From a virus (lineage: Duplodnaviria > Caudoviricetes), in the IMG/VR virus record IMGVR_UViG_3300033562_000166, positions 1 through 47,198 of that record: a stretch of 47,198 bases of DNA; one strand, written 5' to 3'. The position numbers and the translations under genes are program-made. Position 1 is the stretch's first letter. Each line of letters opens with the position of its first letter. The notes below the pieces were generated by a model, which did no database searches, had not been told where the DNA came from, and worked only from the letters and a program-made list of their open reading frames with translations. This document shows, piece after piece, positions 36,414-44,560 of this stretch.

Positions 36414-37700
36414 AGTTTTGTTCAAACGTTTCCTGATTAACGGAATGTTGCTGTTTACGAGATTGACAATCTGGTCGTGGTGTTTTGTCGGTTTGTTGTG
36501 CAATCCGCGACACTGCACTACCTCGAATGAGTTAAGCGATACTTCAACTGTTTCGACAGGTTTGTTATCTATACGAGCCGAAAGAATAAGCGATTCGGCT
36601 TTGTTGTAGTACGAGCCAGTGAAAACGCAATGATGCAGCCTATCGCCTTCGTTCATAAACTCTTCAACCGATTCAAGAACCTTAACTTTGATTTTCTTAT
36701 CTTTGAATTCAAGCCCGAAAAAATCCTGCTTTTGCTTGATGTATTTTTTCTGTTCTGCTTCAATCGTTTTGCGTTGCTCTTCAAGCTTTTTCTTGCGATG
36801 CTCTTCACGTTTCTTTTCCATGTACTTGTCATGTGCAGACATGAAGTTGGCAGGGCAAACATAGTGAGCGTTGCGAATATCATTGCCAAAATGCACGAGG
36901 TCGTTCAGGTAGTCGAAGTAATCCGATGCGTGCTTGACGATATAGCCGGAACGAATGCAAATCTTTATTGTTGGCCAGTATTTTTGAATCTTTTCCATTG
37001 AATGCTTGTCAGCACTCGCCATTAATAATGCGAATTGACGTGTTTTGAGCAGTGTTTCAGCCATTGTATCTGTAAGGATAAGGGAAAAGAACTTGTGAGG
37101 TGTTAAGCCATGAAAATTGCCCTTAAAACCGTTCCTTTTGATCTCGTTAATGATGCTTCGCTTGGGATATGTCTTATAAGCTCCAAGGTCGTACCTAAGT
37201 TGAGCATGATATGTGTTCTGCTCTCTTATCTCAAATTCGCTATCGTGCACCCATTTATCGTAGCAATGCGAAAAACCTACAACTCTTTTAGCTACAGTGA
37301 CAACTTTGCCTTCTGGATAAATAAAGTGTCGCGTAACCTCTGAAGCCCACGAATAAGGTGGTTGGTTTTTGTAGTAGTTTTTTTGCACCCAAAACATTCT
37401 AACCACTTGAACACCTTTTATTGCGGTAATTATAGAGTAGTAAGCTGAATTGTTATATAGATTCTTAACTGTCAATATGCGTTCACATTTCGGGCATTGG
37501 CACCCTGCAACGGATGCAACCAAAAAGGCTTCATCTTTCCACAAGTGACCACATTCAAGACATTTCAACTCCTTGGCGTTTCGAGTTGCGTAATTATCCA
37601 GGCAATTTCCAACCCCCCAATCGAGCTGCTTTTGCGTGATAGGGCGAACTTTATTGTTTAACTCGATTGTCTTTCTATGTAATTCAGTTTTCGGCTTCAT
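36402..37700 (-). CDS. PcfJ-like protein
   Basis: CLECGH..CPKC zinc finger, DYFDYL, EGDRLHHCVF and VQCRGLHN motifs; paired with the PcfK-like gene. Confidence 0.85.
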   Translation of the reverse strand: MKPKTELHRKTIELNNKVRPITQKQLDWGVGNCLDNYATRNAKELKCLECGHLWKDEAFLVASVAGCQCPKCERILTVKNLYNNSAYYSIITAIKGVQVVRMFWVQKNYYKNQPPYSWASEVTRHFIYPEGKVVTVAKRVVGFSHCYDKWVHDSEFEIREQNTYHAQLRYDLGAYKTYPKRSIINEIKRNGFKGNFHGLTPHKFFSLILTDTMAETLLKTRQFALLMASADKHSMEKIQKYWPTIKICIRSGYIVKHASDYFDYLNDLVHFGNDIRNAHYVCPANFMSAHDKYMEKKREEHRKKKLEEQRKTIEAEQKKYIKQKQDFFGLEFKDKKIKVKVLESVEEFMNEGDRLHHCVFTGSYYNKAESLILSARIDNKPVETVEVSLNSFEVVQCRGLHNKPTKHHDQIVNLVNSNIPLIRKRLNKTVSA

Positions 37701-37703
37701 GGC

Positions 37704-38120
37704 TTAATCAAAAAGTGATGGTTGTTCGACAACGGCTGCTTTTTTCTCTTCAGCTTTTTTCGCTTTCTGAGCTTTGATTTTTTCCTGTTCTTGGGCAACA
37801 AGCTTGTCGATTGCTTCCTGCTTTGCCTTTTGCTTGTCTTCGTCTGTCAATTCAACCTTATGATTGACTACCACATTGCACTGTATAGGCTTTCCGACTT
37901 CGATGTTCTCTTCGTCGTAGTAGTGCATTGCTTGACCAAAGATTTCATCGTCTGTGAAGCCGTTGCAGCCGCTTTTTTGCACCCAATTCAGAATGTAGGT
38001 AATGCAGTTGTCAATACTTTTATTTGGGTTCGCCAATTTTACGGCGAAAAGCGGATCGTTTGAAGCCATTACCTGTAGGTGTGCTTCGATTGTCTTTTTG
38101 AATGCGTCTGTTGATTTCAT
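37704..38120 (-). CDS. PcfK-like / AcrIIA9-family protein
   Basis: NCITYILNWVQKSGCNGFTDDEIFGQAMHYYDEENIEVGKPIQCNVVVNHKVELT..SLFD. Confidence 0.82.
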   Translation of the reverse strand: MKSTDAFKKTIEAHLQVMASNDPLFAVKLANPNKSIDNCITYILNWVQKSGCNGFTDDEIFGQAMHYYDEENIEVGKPIQCNVVVNHKVELTDEDKQKAKQEAIDKLVAQEQEKIKAQKAKKAEEKKAAVVEQPSLFD

Positions 38121-38163
38121 GATTGTTGCTGATTTATGCCCCGCTTTAGCAGGGCTGGTTAGT

Positions 38164-38367
38164 TTAATTATTCTTACAAACTGATTTTAACGTGTTTAAG
38201 TCGCACTTTTTTGGTTCGTCTGCATTTTTGGTTGCATCGATTAAAGGCATATTGCTTGTAACTGTAGACCACCTTTTACCTGTTACCGGACTTGTATATG
38301 TTACTTTGTAATGACCGTGTCCACTTGGAGAGAAAGAAAAATCTGAAAGGCTGATTGTCGTTTTCAT
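38164..38367 (-). CDS. Small conserved phage protein (67 aa)
   Basis: MKTTISLSDFSFSPSGHGHYKVTYTSPVTGKRW; first gene after the promoter at 38410. Confidence 0.72.
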   Translation of the reverse strand: MKTTISLSDFSFSPSGHGHYKVTYTSPVTGKRWSTVTSNMPLIDATKNADEPKKCDLNTLKSVCKNN

Positions 38368-38395
38368 AAATCTAAATTTTAAAATTGTTGTTATC

Positions 38396-38417
38396 GTATT
38401 ACTGTGATACAAAAGTA
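38396..38417 (-). promoter_or_regulatory. Operator GTATTACTGTGATAC abutting promoter TACTTTTG
   Basis: Palindrome 38396-38410; CAAAAGTA at 38410-38417. Confidence 0.7.
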
Positions 38418-38641
38418 CAAATATATTCAATACAACAATACATGAGAGGCGAAAAACATGAGCATTTTAGTATTAATTAACTTTCGCGCCGCCCGCGCCC
38501 CCTTTTTTGGCCCTTTTTTTAATTAAATGCTGTATATCAATAGCTGTTTTCATGTCCTTTTTGGACTATTTTCTCTTTTCCCGAAAAATAAAAAAAACAG
38601 AATTAAAAATTAAAATTGGGTGTGTCGGAACGTGAGTTTCG

Positions 38642-38738
38642 ACTTCTTATTAATATTCTTTTCTTTACTTTCTTTTCCTTTACTTTCCTTTAATAGTATA
38701 ACGTTCGTATTACGTTCGTTATACGTTCGTATATTCGA
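38642..38738 (-). repeat. Inverted copy of origin iterons and A-rich tract
   Basis: ACGTTCGT at 38701, 38712 and 38723 (11-bp period), next to CCTTTACTTTCCTTT; reverse complement resembles 16840-16930. Confidence 0.72.
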
Positions 38739-38874
38739 TACTGAAAATCAGTAAGTTGCAGAACGATATTTTTATAAAATTTAATATGTCATTTTAAAAA
38801 CGCAATTTAATTGATATAGTCAACCAAATTAGAAAAATCATAAGTATTGCATAAGTTCGGTTGTATTATGCGCC

Positions 38875-38903
38875 GTATTACAGTGATACGGATTATTTTT
38901 GTG
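38875..38903 (+). promoter_or_regulatory. Operator GTATTACAGTGATAC plus head-operon promoter TATTTTTGTG
   Basis: Palindrome 38875-38889; -7 box 38894-38901. Confidence 0.7.
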
Positions 38904-38937
38904 CTTTCTTATAACAAACCAAATAATTTTTGATCAC

Positions 38938-39642
38938 ATGAAAGAAAAAATTCTCGCATTACTGCTCGCAAAATTCGCAGGCGTGCGTAAAGACGGATTG
39001 GCACAGTTGGCGGCTTCGCTAACGTTACAAGCCGCAGATGAAACCGAAGCTACAGCACTTGTAGACAAAATTACAGCCGATAAGGTAAATGATTTTGTGA
39101 AGGACTGGCGCAAAGATGTGGACAAAGAAGTGTCCGAAGGTAATAAAACCTATAAAAAAACTCTCGAAGAAAAGTTTGATTTAATTGAAAAGAAACATAC
39201 AGACACAAAGCCAGCCGATCCAAAGCCAGGCGACGACATTGCTACGATCGTAGCAAATGCTGTTAAGGCCGCTGTTGAACCTTTACAACAAAGACTTTCA
39301 AGCTTCGAGGGCTCAAAAATAACTGAAACAAGGCTTCAAGCTATTGAAGGCAAGTTCGCCGTTCTACCCTCAGACAGTAAGATTGCCGAGGCGTTCAAGT
39401 CGCAAAAGTTGAAAGACTTTAAGCGAATGAACTTTGAATCAGACGACGCTTTCAACGAATACTTGAATGAAGTTGACACGGACATTACAGGGTTAACACA
39501 AGAAATAGCTGATAGTGGGCTATTGTCACACAGTAAACCACTTTTTAGTCAGCAGAACAAAGAAGGCGTGTCGAGTGCCGTTGCCTCGTTTATCGCGGAC
39601 ACAACATCCGATAAAAAGCCTTTGTCTGGTAAGGAAATTTAA
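38938..39642 (+). CDS. Capsid scaffolding protein
   Basis: Helical charged protein upstream of decoration and capsid genes; ATG at 38938 (MKEKIL). Confidence 0.65.
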   Translation: MKEKILALLLAKFAGVRKDGLAQLAASLTLQAADETEATALVDKITADKVNDFVKDWRKDVDKEVSEGNKTYKKTLEEKFDLIEKKHTDTKPADPKPGDDIATIVANAVKAAVEPLQQRLSSFEGSKITETRLQAIEGKFAVLPSDSKIAEAFKSQKLKDFKRMNFESDDAFNEYLNEVDTDITGLTQEIADSGLLSHSKPLFSQQNKEGVSSAVASFIADTTSDKKPLSGKEI

Positions 39643-39674
39643 AAAAATTGTTTAACTAAAAAAATTAAAAGCAA

Positions 39675-40259
39675 ATGGGCTTAAAAATTAATCGCGCGGC
39701 AGATACCCGAGTAATCAAATCAATTTTGCATCGATTGGCCGACGTGCCGAACGGTGTGACTGTTTCAGTTGCTGACATTGGTGGTGCTGCTCTTAAAGAG
39801 GGCACTCCGCTGGCCTATGCATCCGCAGACGGAATGTATCACGTGTGCAAGACAGTGCTTATCGTATCAGATGCTGCCGACAACGCAACAACTTACGATG
39901 TCGCAAAAGGACACCACTTCAAAGTTGGCGATATTTTCGCTACCGAAGGGGCGAACGGTAAAGCTATTACAGCTATCGACAAAACCACCAATACCGACAA
40001 GGACGTAATCACTTTGGCTACTACTCTCGGTGTTGCTATCACAGCTGCTTCTGCAACTGTTGCTTTTCAAGCTACTACCTCCGGTGGTAAAGTAGTTAAG
40101 CATGTTCCTACTGCTATTGCAGGTGATGATCAAGATGTAGTTGCTGGCGAAACGCTATCAACATCGGCTTGGGTAATTGCTGTTGTACGTGCAGGAAACG
40201 CACCATTGGTGAATGACACGTTGAAAGCAACGTTGAAAGGCATTCACTACATTGTTTAA
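39675..40259 (+). CDS. Head decoration protein
   Basis: Thr/Ala-rich; GVTV..LKEGTPL; lies between scaffold and capsid genes. Confidence 0.65.
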   Translation: MGLKINRAADTRVIKSILHRLADVPNGVTVSVADIGGAALKEGTPLAYASADGMYHVCKTVLIVSDAADNATTYDVAKGHHFKVGDIFATEGANGKAITAIDKTTNTDKDVITLATTLGVAITAASATVAFQATTSGGKVVKHVPTAIAGDDQDVVAGETLSTSAWVIAVVRAGNAPLVNDTLKATLKGIHYIV

Positions 40260-40279
40260 TCCTTAAAAAATAGAAGAAT

Positions 40280-41377
40280 ATGCAAAAAACATTAATGGTA
40301 GGATTGAACGAAAAGGATATGCAAGCCGTAGTTAACACCTATGACTTGAAACCATTCTACTACCCAACCCTATTCCCAATGACAGAAACTCCGTTTTTGA
40401 CTTGGAAAATGCTTGAAGGGCAAGCCGGATTGAAAATAGCTGCTGACTTGGTGGCTCGTGGTTCCAAAATCGGAAAGAAAACTCGTGAGGCTATTGGCCG
40501 TATCTCTGGTGACATTCCGAAAATCGCCATCTCTCGTGAGAAACAAGAAGACGAATTGACCGAGTACGACATTATGTTGGCAATGGCAAGTCAGAATCCT
40601 GACTTGAAAGCAATCGTTGAATTTTGGGCCGAAGATACCCAATATTGTTGGACAGGTGTTGCTGCTCGTGCAGAATGGATCGCTTTGAAACAGATTTCGC
40701 TTGGTAAAGTATCTTTCACAAATGCTAACAACAGCGGTGTGATTACAGAGTACAATGTGGATTATCAAATCCCAGCTGCTCAAAAATTTGGTGTAAATAC
40801 ACTTTGGGCTACAACTGCAAGTGCGAAACCTTTTTCGAAAGATTTCCCTGCTGCTATTGCTAAAGGTAAAGCGATTGGCGCTACTTACAAGTATGCATTT
40901 ATGAACACTGCTACATTGGCTAAATTGGTGCAAACTGACGAAGCTATCAAATTGTGTGCTTCGTATTTGAGCAACTTGTCTGGTATGGCTCAAACGCCTG
41001 CATTGTCTGACGTTAATTCTATGCTTATGCGTAAAGTAGCATTCAATGGCTTGCAAATCGTAGAAGTTGACCAAGACATCACTATCGAATTGGCCGACGG
41101 TACTCGTACCACTGGCAACCCATTTGAAGACGATGTTGTGTTGTTCTCAGAATCAAAAGTTTTGGGAAAAACTCACTGGAAACGTCCTATCGATATGAAC
41201 CTTGCCAACTCTTCGGCATTGAAAGTTATGAACGGTCATACAATGATCAAAAAGTACTCGGAAGAAAGCCCTGTAAAAGAGGTTACTGAAGGTATTGCAA
41301 ATCTGTTCCCAGCGTGGAACTTGGCGAATCGTTCTACTTTGATGACCGTTGCTAACGCATCGACTTGGAATAAATAG
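40280..41377 (+). CDS. Major capsid protein (lambda gpE-like)
   Basis: 365 aa; GDIPKIAISR, ARAEWIALKQISLG, VDYQIP; head-module position. Confidence 0.85.
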   Translation: MQKTLMVGLNEKDMQAVVNTYDLKPFYYPTLFPMTETPFLTWKMLEGQAGLKIAADLVARGSKIGKKTREAIGRISGDIPKIAISREKQEDELTEYDIMLAMASQNPDLKAIVEFWAEDTQYCWTGVAARAEWIALKQISLGKVSFTNANNSGVITEYNVDYQIPAAQKFGVNTLWATTASAKPFSKDFPAAIAKGKAIGATYKYAFMNTATLAKLVQTDEAIKLCASYLSNLSGMAQTPALSDVNSMLMRKVAFNGLQIVEVDQDITIELADGTRTTGNPFEDDVVLFSESKVLGKTHWKRPIDMNLANSSALKVMNGHTMIKKYSEESPVKEVTEGIANLFPAWNLANRSTLMTVANASTWNK

Positions 41378-41387
41378 TGTTGAATAA

Positions 41388-41419
41388 TTAAAGGGTTTAG
41401 TAATTACTAAACCCTTTAA
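41388..41419 (+). terminator. Perfect 32-bp palindrome after the capsid gene (terminator or mRNA stabiliser)
   Basis: TTAAAGGGTTTAGTAA / TTACTAAACCCTTTAA. Confidence 0.65.
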
Positions 41420-41433
41420 ATTGAACTTTCAAA

Positions 41434-41748
41434 ATGACAAATCAAGAAGCCCTCGCAGCATCCGTAAATTATCCAGTTGATAAAATCAAAATTCAAAAGA
41501 TTCTGATTGACAATGGATTGAACGATTCAGACATTTATGCTGGATTGAGCAAACCATTTGAGTTGGCAACAGCTGCAATGTACATTTTACTTGTCACATC
41601 TGCTAATATTGCAGAGGGTGACTTTAAGATTTCACCTGTTGATTCAGCTAATTACTTGAATCTTGCAAACGGAATCTATTCAAAGTACGGCGTTGCAAAT
41701 CCGCTTGAAAAGAAATCGACAATTAAAAACCGCTCATACTACTGGTAA
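41434..41748 (+). CDS. Head-tail connector protein
   Basis: 104 aa after the capsid gene; NIAEGDFKIS motif. Confidence 0.65.
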   Translation: MTNQEALAASVNYPVDKIKIQKILIDNGLNDSDIYAGLSKPFELATAAMYILLVTSANIAEGDFKISPVDSANYLNLANGIYSKYGVANPLEKKSTIKNRSYYW

Positions 41749-41749
41749 A

Positions 41750-42079
41750 ATGATACAGCAATATCCACACTTTCTATATGTAAAAACAGTCACAGAATCC
41801 GTTCAAGACGGTGATGGGAATTGGACTGACCCCTCAGAAACGCTGGTATTGCATTCTGTTTGCAGAGAACAAACGAACGGTAAAGGATCGTTGGTTAATG
41901 GTCCGGACGGAAAAGCGATAGTGTTCGCTTCAATCATTCATTTGCCACTTGAAACTGAAAGGATTCCTGAAGGCTCTGAAGTGATTGTAAGCGATGACGA
42001 AAGCGGGTCTATTGTAAGGATAAAAGGCGAGGTTTTAAAGTTCGATACAGGTCAATTGCATTGCAGGTTATGGGTTTAG
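41750..42079 (+). CDS. Head closure / stopper protein
   Basis: ATG at 41750; QDGDGNW and CREQTNG motifs; neck position. Confidence 0.62.
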   Translation: MIQQYPHFLYVKTVTESVQDGDGNWTDPSETLVLHSVCREQTNGKGSLVNGPDGKAIVFASIIHLPLETERIPEGSEVIVSDDESGSIVRIKGEVLKFDTGQLHCRLWV

Positions 42080-42522
42080 TACCGACATTTTCACAGGCAG
42101 AAATTCGCAAACGCATTGATAATGCTATTGCTGTAATTGAAAGAAAGCAAATCGAAAGAATGCAGGAGCTTGGAGAGCGTTGCGCTATAATTGCAAAAGA
42201 AATACCCGCATCCTCTGGCTACACTGACCAAACAAAGAATCTTCGAAGCTCAACAGGTTACATGGTATTCAAAGATGGCGTTGCTGTTCATGAAGGCTAT
42301 AAAGGTGAAGCTGAAGGTATCGCAGCTGGCAAGGCTTTAGCCGAAAAGGTCGGCTATAAACACAATAAGGGCGTTGCTCTTGTTGTTACAGCCGGAATGA
42401 ATTATGCTGTACACCTTGAAACAATGGGACGGGACGTACTTACATCAGCCGAGATATTTGCAAAACAGGAAATGCCGAAAGTTATTGAAAGACTTAAAAA
42501 TAACATCAAAAACGCTATATGA
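42070..42522 (+). CDS. Neck protein, HK97 gp10-like
   Basis: YTDQTKNLRSS and AGMNYAVHLE motifs. Confidence 0.72.
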   Translation: MGLVPTFSQAEIRKRIDNAIAVIERKQIERMQELGERCAIIAKEIPASSGYTDQTKNLRSSTGYMVFKDGVAVHEGYKGEAEGIAAGKALAEKVGYKHNKGVALVVTAGMNYAVHLETMGRDVLTSAEIFAKQEMPKVIERLKNNIKNAI

Positions 42523-42929
42523 AACAGACATTTGACACGGATAAGATACTTTTTTCTTTATTGAAATACGATTCATTTATTGCGGCTGCAATAACTGGTG
42601 GAGTGTATCGAATGTCACGTCCGTTAAATTCGGAGCTTGAAGATATAGTTGTGAATACAATTGTTTTAAGTCAGGAATTTTTACCACAAATCGGAACATC
42701 GAACATAAACATCCATGTGAAAGATATGTCGGTAAATATCGGAGGTGTAAGACAGCTAATGCCTGACTTGGAAAGGCTTGAATCACTATCAGAATTGGTA
42801 CTTGCAACGCTAAGAGGCGCAAACATACAAGGCTTGACCATATCGGTCGAGAATCAAACGACAATTGCTGTAAATGATATTAATCAGCACTTTGTAAACA
42901 TTAGAATTAATTGGAATATTCATTCATAA
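42519..42929 (+). CDS. Tail terminator protein
   Basis: 136 aa immediately before the tail tube gene. Confidence 0.62.
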   Translation: MKQTFDTDKILFSLLKYDSFIAAAITGGVYRMSRPLNSELEDIVVNTIVLSQEFLPQIGTSNINIHVKDMSVNIGGVRQLMPDLERLESLSELVLATLRGANIQGLTISVENQTTIAVNDINQHFVNIRINWNIHS

Positions 42930-42942
42930 ATAATTAGAAATC

Positions 42943-43686
42943 ATGCAAATAACACTTGGTTTATCTGAAATCAAAGTCGGAGTGGCATCTAGCAATGGAG
43001 TAATGCCTGGCTCATTGACCAAAATCGGTTCTACATATCAGGACACCTGCAAACTTAATCAGGATGCAGCCGAAGTAACAGAGCATTTCGAAGAGGGTAA
43101 AGCCTCGCCAAAGGTGCGCAACAAGCAAAAAAAAGTACCTGTGCTTAAGTTCCAAATAATGGATGCAGACGTAACTCAACTTATCGACTTAGTGGGTGGT
43201 TCGTTAGAGGATTCATCTAAATGGGGTTTTGATGGCACTGAAGTTGTAGCCAACAAAGCTATTAAAGTTGTAACCGAACAGGGCTACGACATCGAGATTC
43301 CTAACGGTGACATTGAAGCTGTAATTACGGCCGACATTTCGAAGAAAGGTATCTTCTTGGTGGACGTAACCGTTACACCTATGTCAGTAACAGCTGGAAA
43401 AGCTATCAAGATTGGACCTAAACAACTTCTTGTTGTTACACCAACAACATTGAGCTTTACTAGTGCAGCCGATACAACAGGTAAGACTATTACTGCAACT
43501 TCGACAGGGAACTTGACTTATGCAGCTGCCGATAGCAACGCAGACTGGATTACTGTAACTCGTGCCGCTAAAGTAGCTACAGTGAAAGTCACTGCTAACA
43601 CCAACTCGGAAGCTCGTACAGCTAACGTTACTGTAATTGCTGACGGTATTACTGCTATTGTACCTGTAACACAGGCTGGAGCGTAA
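42943..43686 (+). CDS. Major tail tube protein with C-terminal BACON domain
   Basis: Position; C-terminal DWITV..VTANT..ARTANVTV..VTQAG carries the BACON W/N/R/Q signature. Confidence 0.82.
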   Translation: MQITLGLSEIKVGVASSNGVMPGSLTKIGSTYQDTCKLNQDAAEVTEHFEEGKASPKVRNKQKKVPVLKFQIMDADVTQLIDLVGGSLEDSSKWGFDGTEVVANKAIKVVTEQGYDIEIPNGDIEAVITADISKKGIFLVDVTVTPMSVTAGKAIKIGPKQLLVVTPTTLSFTSAADTTGKTITATSTGNLTYAAADSNADWITVTRAAKVATVKVTANTNSEARTANVTVIADGITAIVPVTQAGA

Positions 43687-43713
43687 TCTACTAACAGAGC
43701 AATTTAATTAACC

Positions 43714-43753
43714 GAAAGCCCCGACTATTTAAGTTTTCGGGGCTTTCTTTTTT
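43714..43753 (+). terminator. Intrinsic terminator
   Basis: GAAAGCCCCGA-loop-TCGGGGCTTTC-TTTTTT. Confidence 0.85.
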
Positions 43754-43777
43754 AAACAAACATTTATCCGCAATAAA

Positions 43778-44344
43778 ATGACAGGAAACGAAAAAATACA
43801 AGCTGAACGCTCGGAGCTTAACTTAATCATAGACAAAGGCGTTAACATCGAGCTTGAACGCACTATTTCGAAAAAGAAAAAAGGATTTGCCGGATTCATG
43901 GGCAAACGGTTTTCAGTAACCGAAAAACTAAAATTCACCATCAAAGAGCCTACTTTGTCAACGCTCGATAGGCTTTCGGCCGAACAAATTGATTTAGTGA
44001 TTGATGAGAATGTGATGTCGAGCGACATAGGCGTTCAAGAGGCTCGAAAAATGGCTAATAAATATGGAACTAAGCTTGCAAAAATTGTCGCTTTATCGGT
44101 GCTCGGTCAGGATTATGTAATCACCATTCAAAATGACACTCGTGTTCACTACGAATACGATAATAAACGACTTGCTGAACTTACGCAACTGTTTTACGAG
44201 AACATTAAGCCCTCAAAGCTTATGCAATACGTGCTGTTAATTAACACAATGAGCAATTTGGGGGATTTTACGAACTCTATCAGATTGATGTCCGCAGCAA
44301 GGACGACGATGCCGACTCTGATAGAGGGAGAGCAAAAGGGTTAA
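43778..44344 (+). CDS. Tail assembly chaperone (gpG-like)
   Basis: Lies between tail tube and tape measure genes. Confidence 0.72.
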   Translation: MTGNEKIQAERSELNLIIDKGVNIELERTISKKKKGFAGFMGKRFSVTEKLKFTIKEPTLSTLDRLSAEQIDLVIDENVMSSDIGVQEARKMANKYGTKLAKIVALSVLGQDYVITIQNDTRVHYEYDNKRLAELTQLFYENIKPSKLMQYVLLINTMSNLGDFTNSIRLMSAARTTMPTLIEGEQKG

Positions 44345-44556
44345 ATAGTCCATACGGCCGACGTGGTTCAATTTGCGCTCACTTCGGCTGGACTTGGGAC
44401 TACTTACACAACGGCATTGCTTGGTCGGTCGTACAGCGTATAATGAGCGATTTGCCATCATACGACTACAACGATAAAGATGAAAAGAAAAAAGACGAGA
44501 TAAAACTAACAGCCGAAAACGCTGAAAGCATTATGAATTTCATAAATAACATGTAA
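44338..44556 (+). CDS. Tail chaperone -1 frameshift extension (gpT-like)
   Basis: Open -1 frame GLNSPYGRRGSICAHFGWTWDYLHNGIAW..FINNM with no early ATG; heptamer A AAG GGT at 44335-44341. Confidence 0.68.
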   Translation, partial: GLNSPYGRRGSICAHFGWTWDYLHNGIAWSVVQRIMSDLPSYDYNDKDEKKKDEIKLTAENAESIMNFINNM

Positions 44557-44560
44557 TCAA

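Noticed and set aside
38642-38760. Second functional rep gene
   Set aside because: Only about 40 codons resemble the rep linker, with no start or DNA-binding domain; kept as a cis-element finding
40370-41074. 234-aa antisense ORF and similar shadow ORFs
   Set aside because: Fully antisense to the capsid or other clear genes; expected from codon bias
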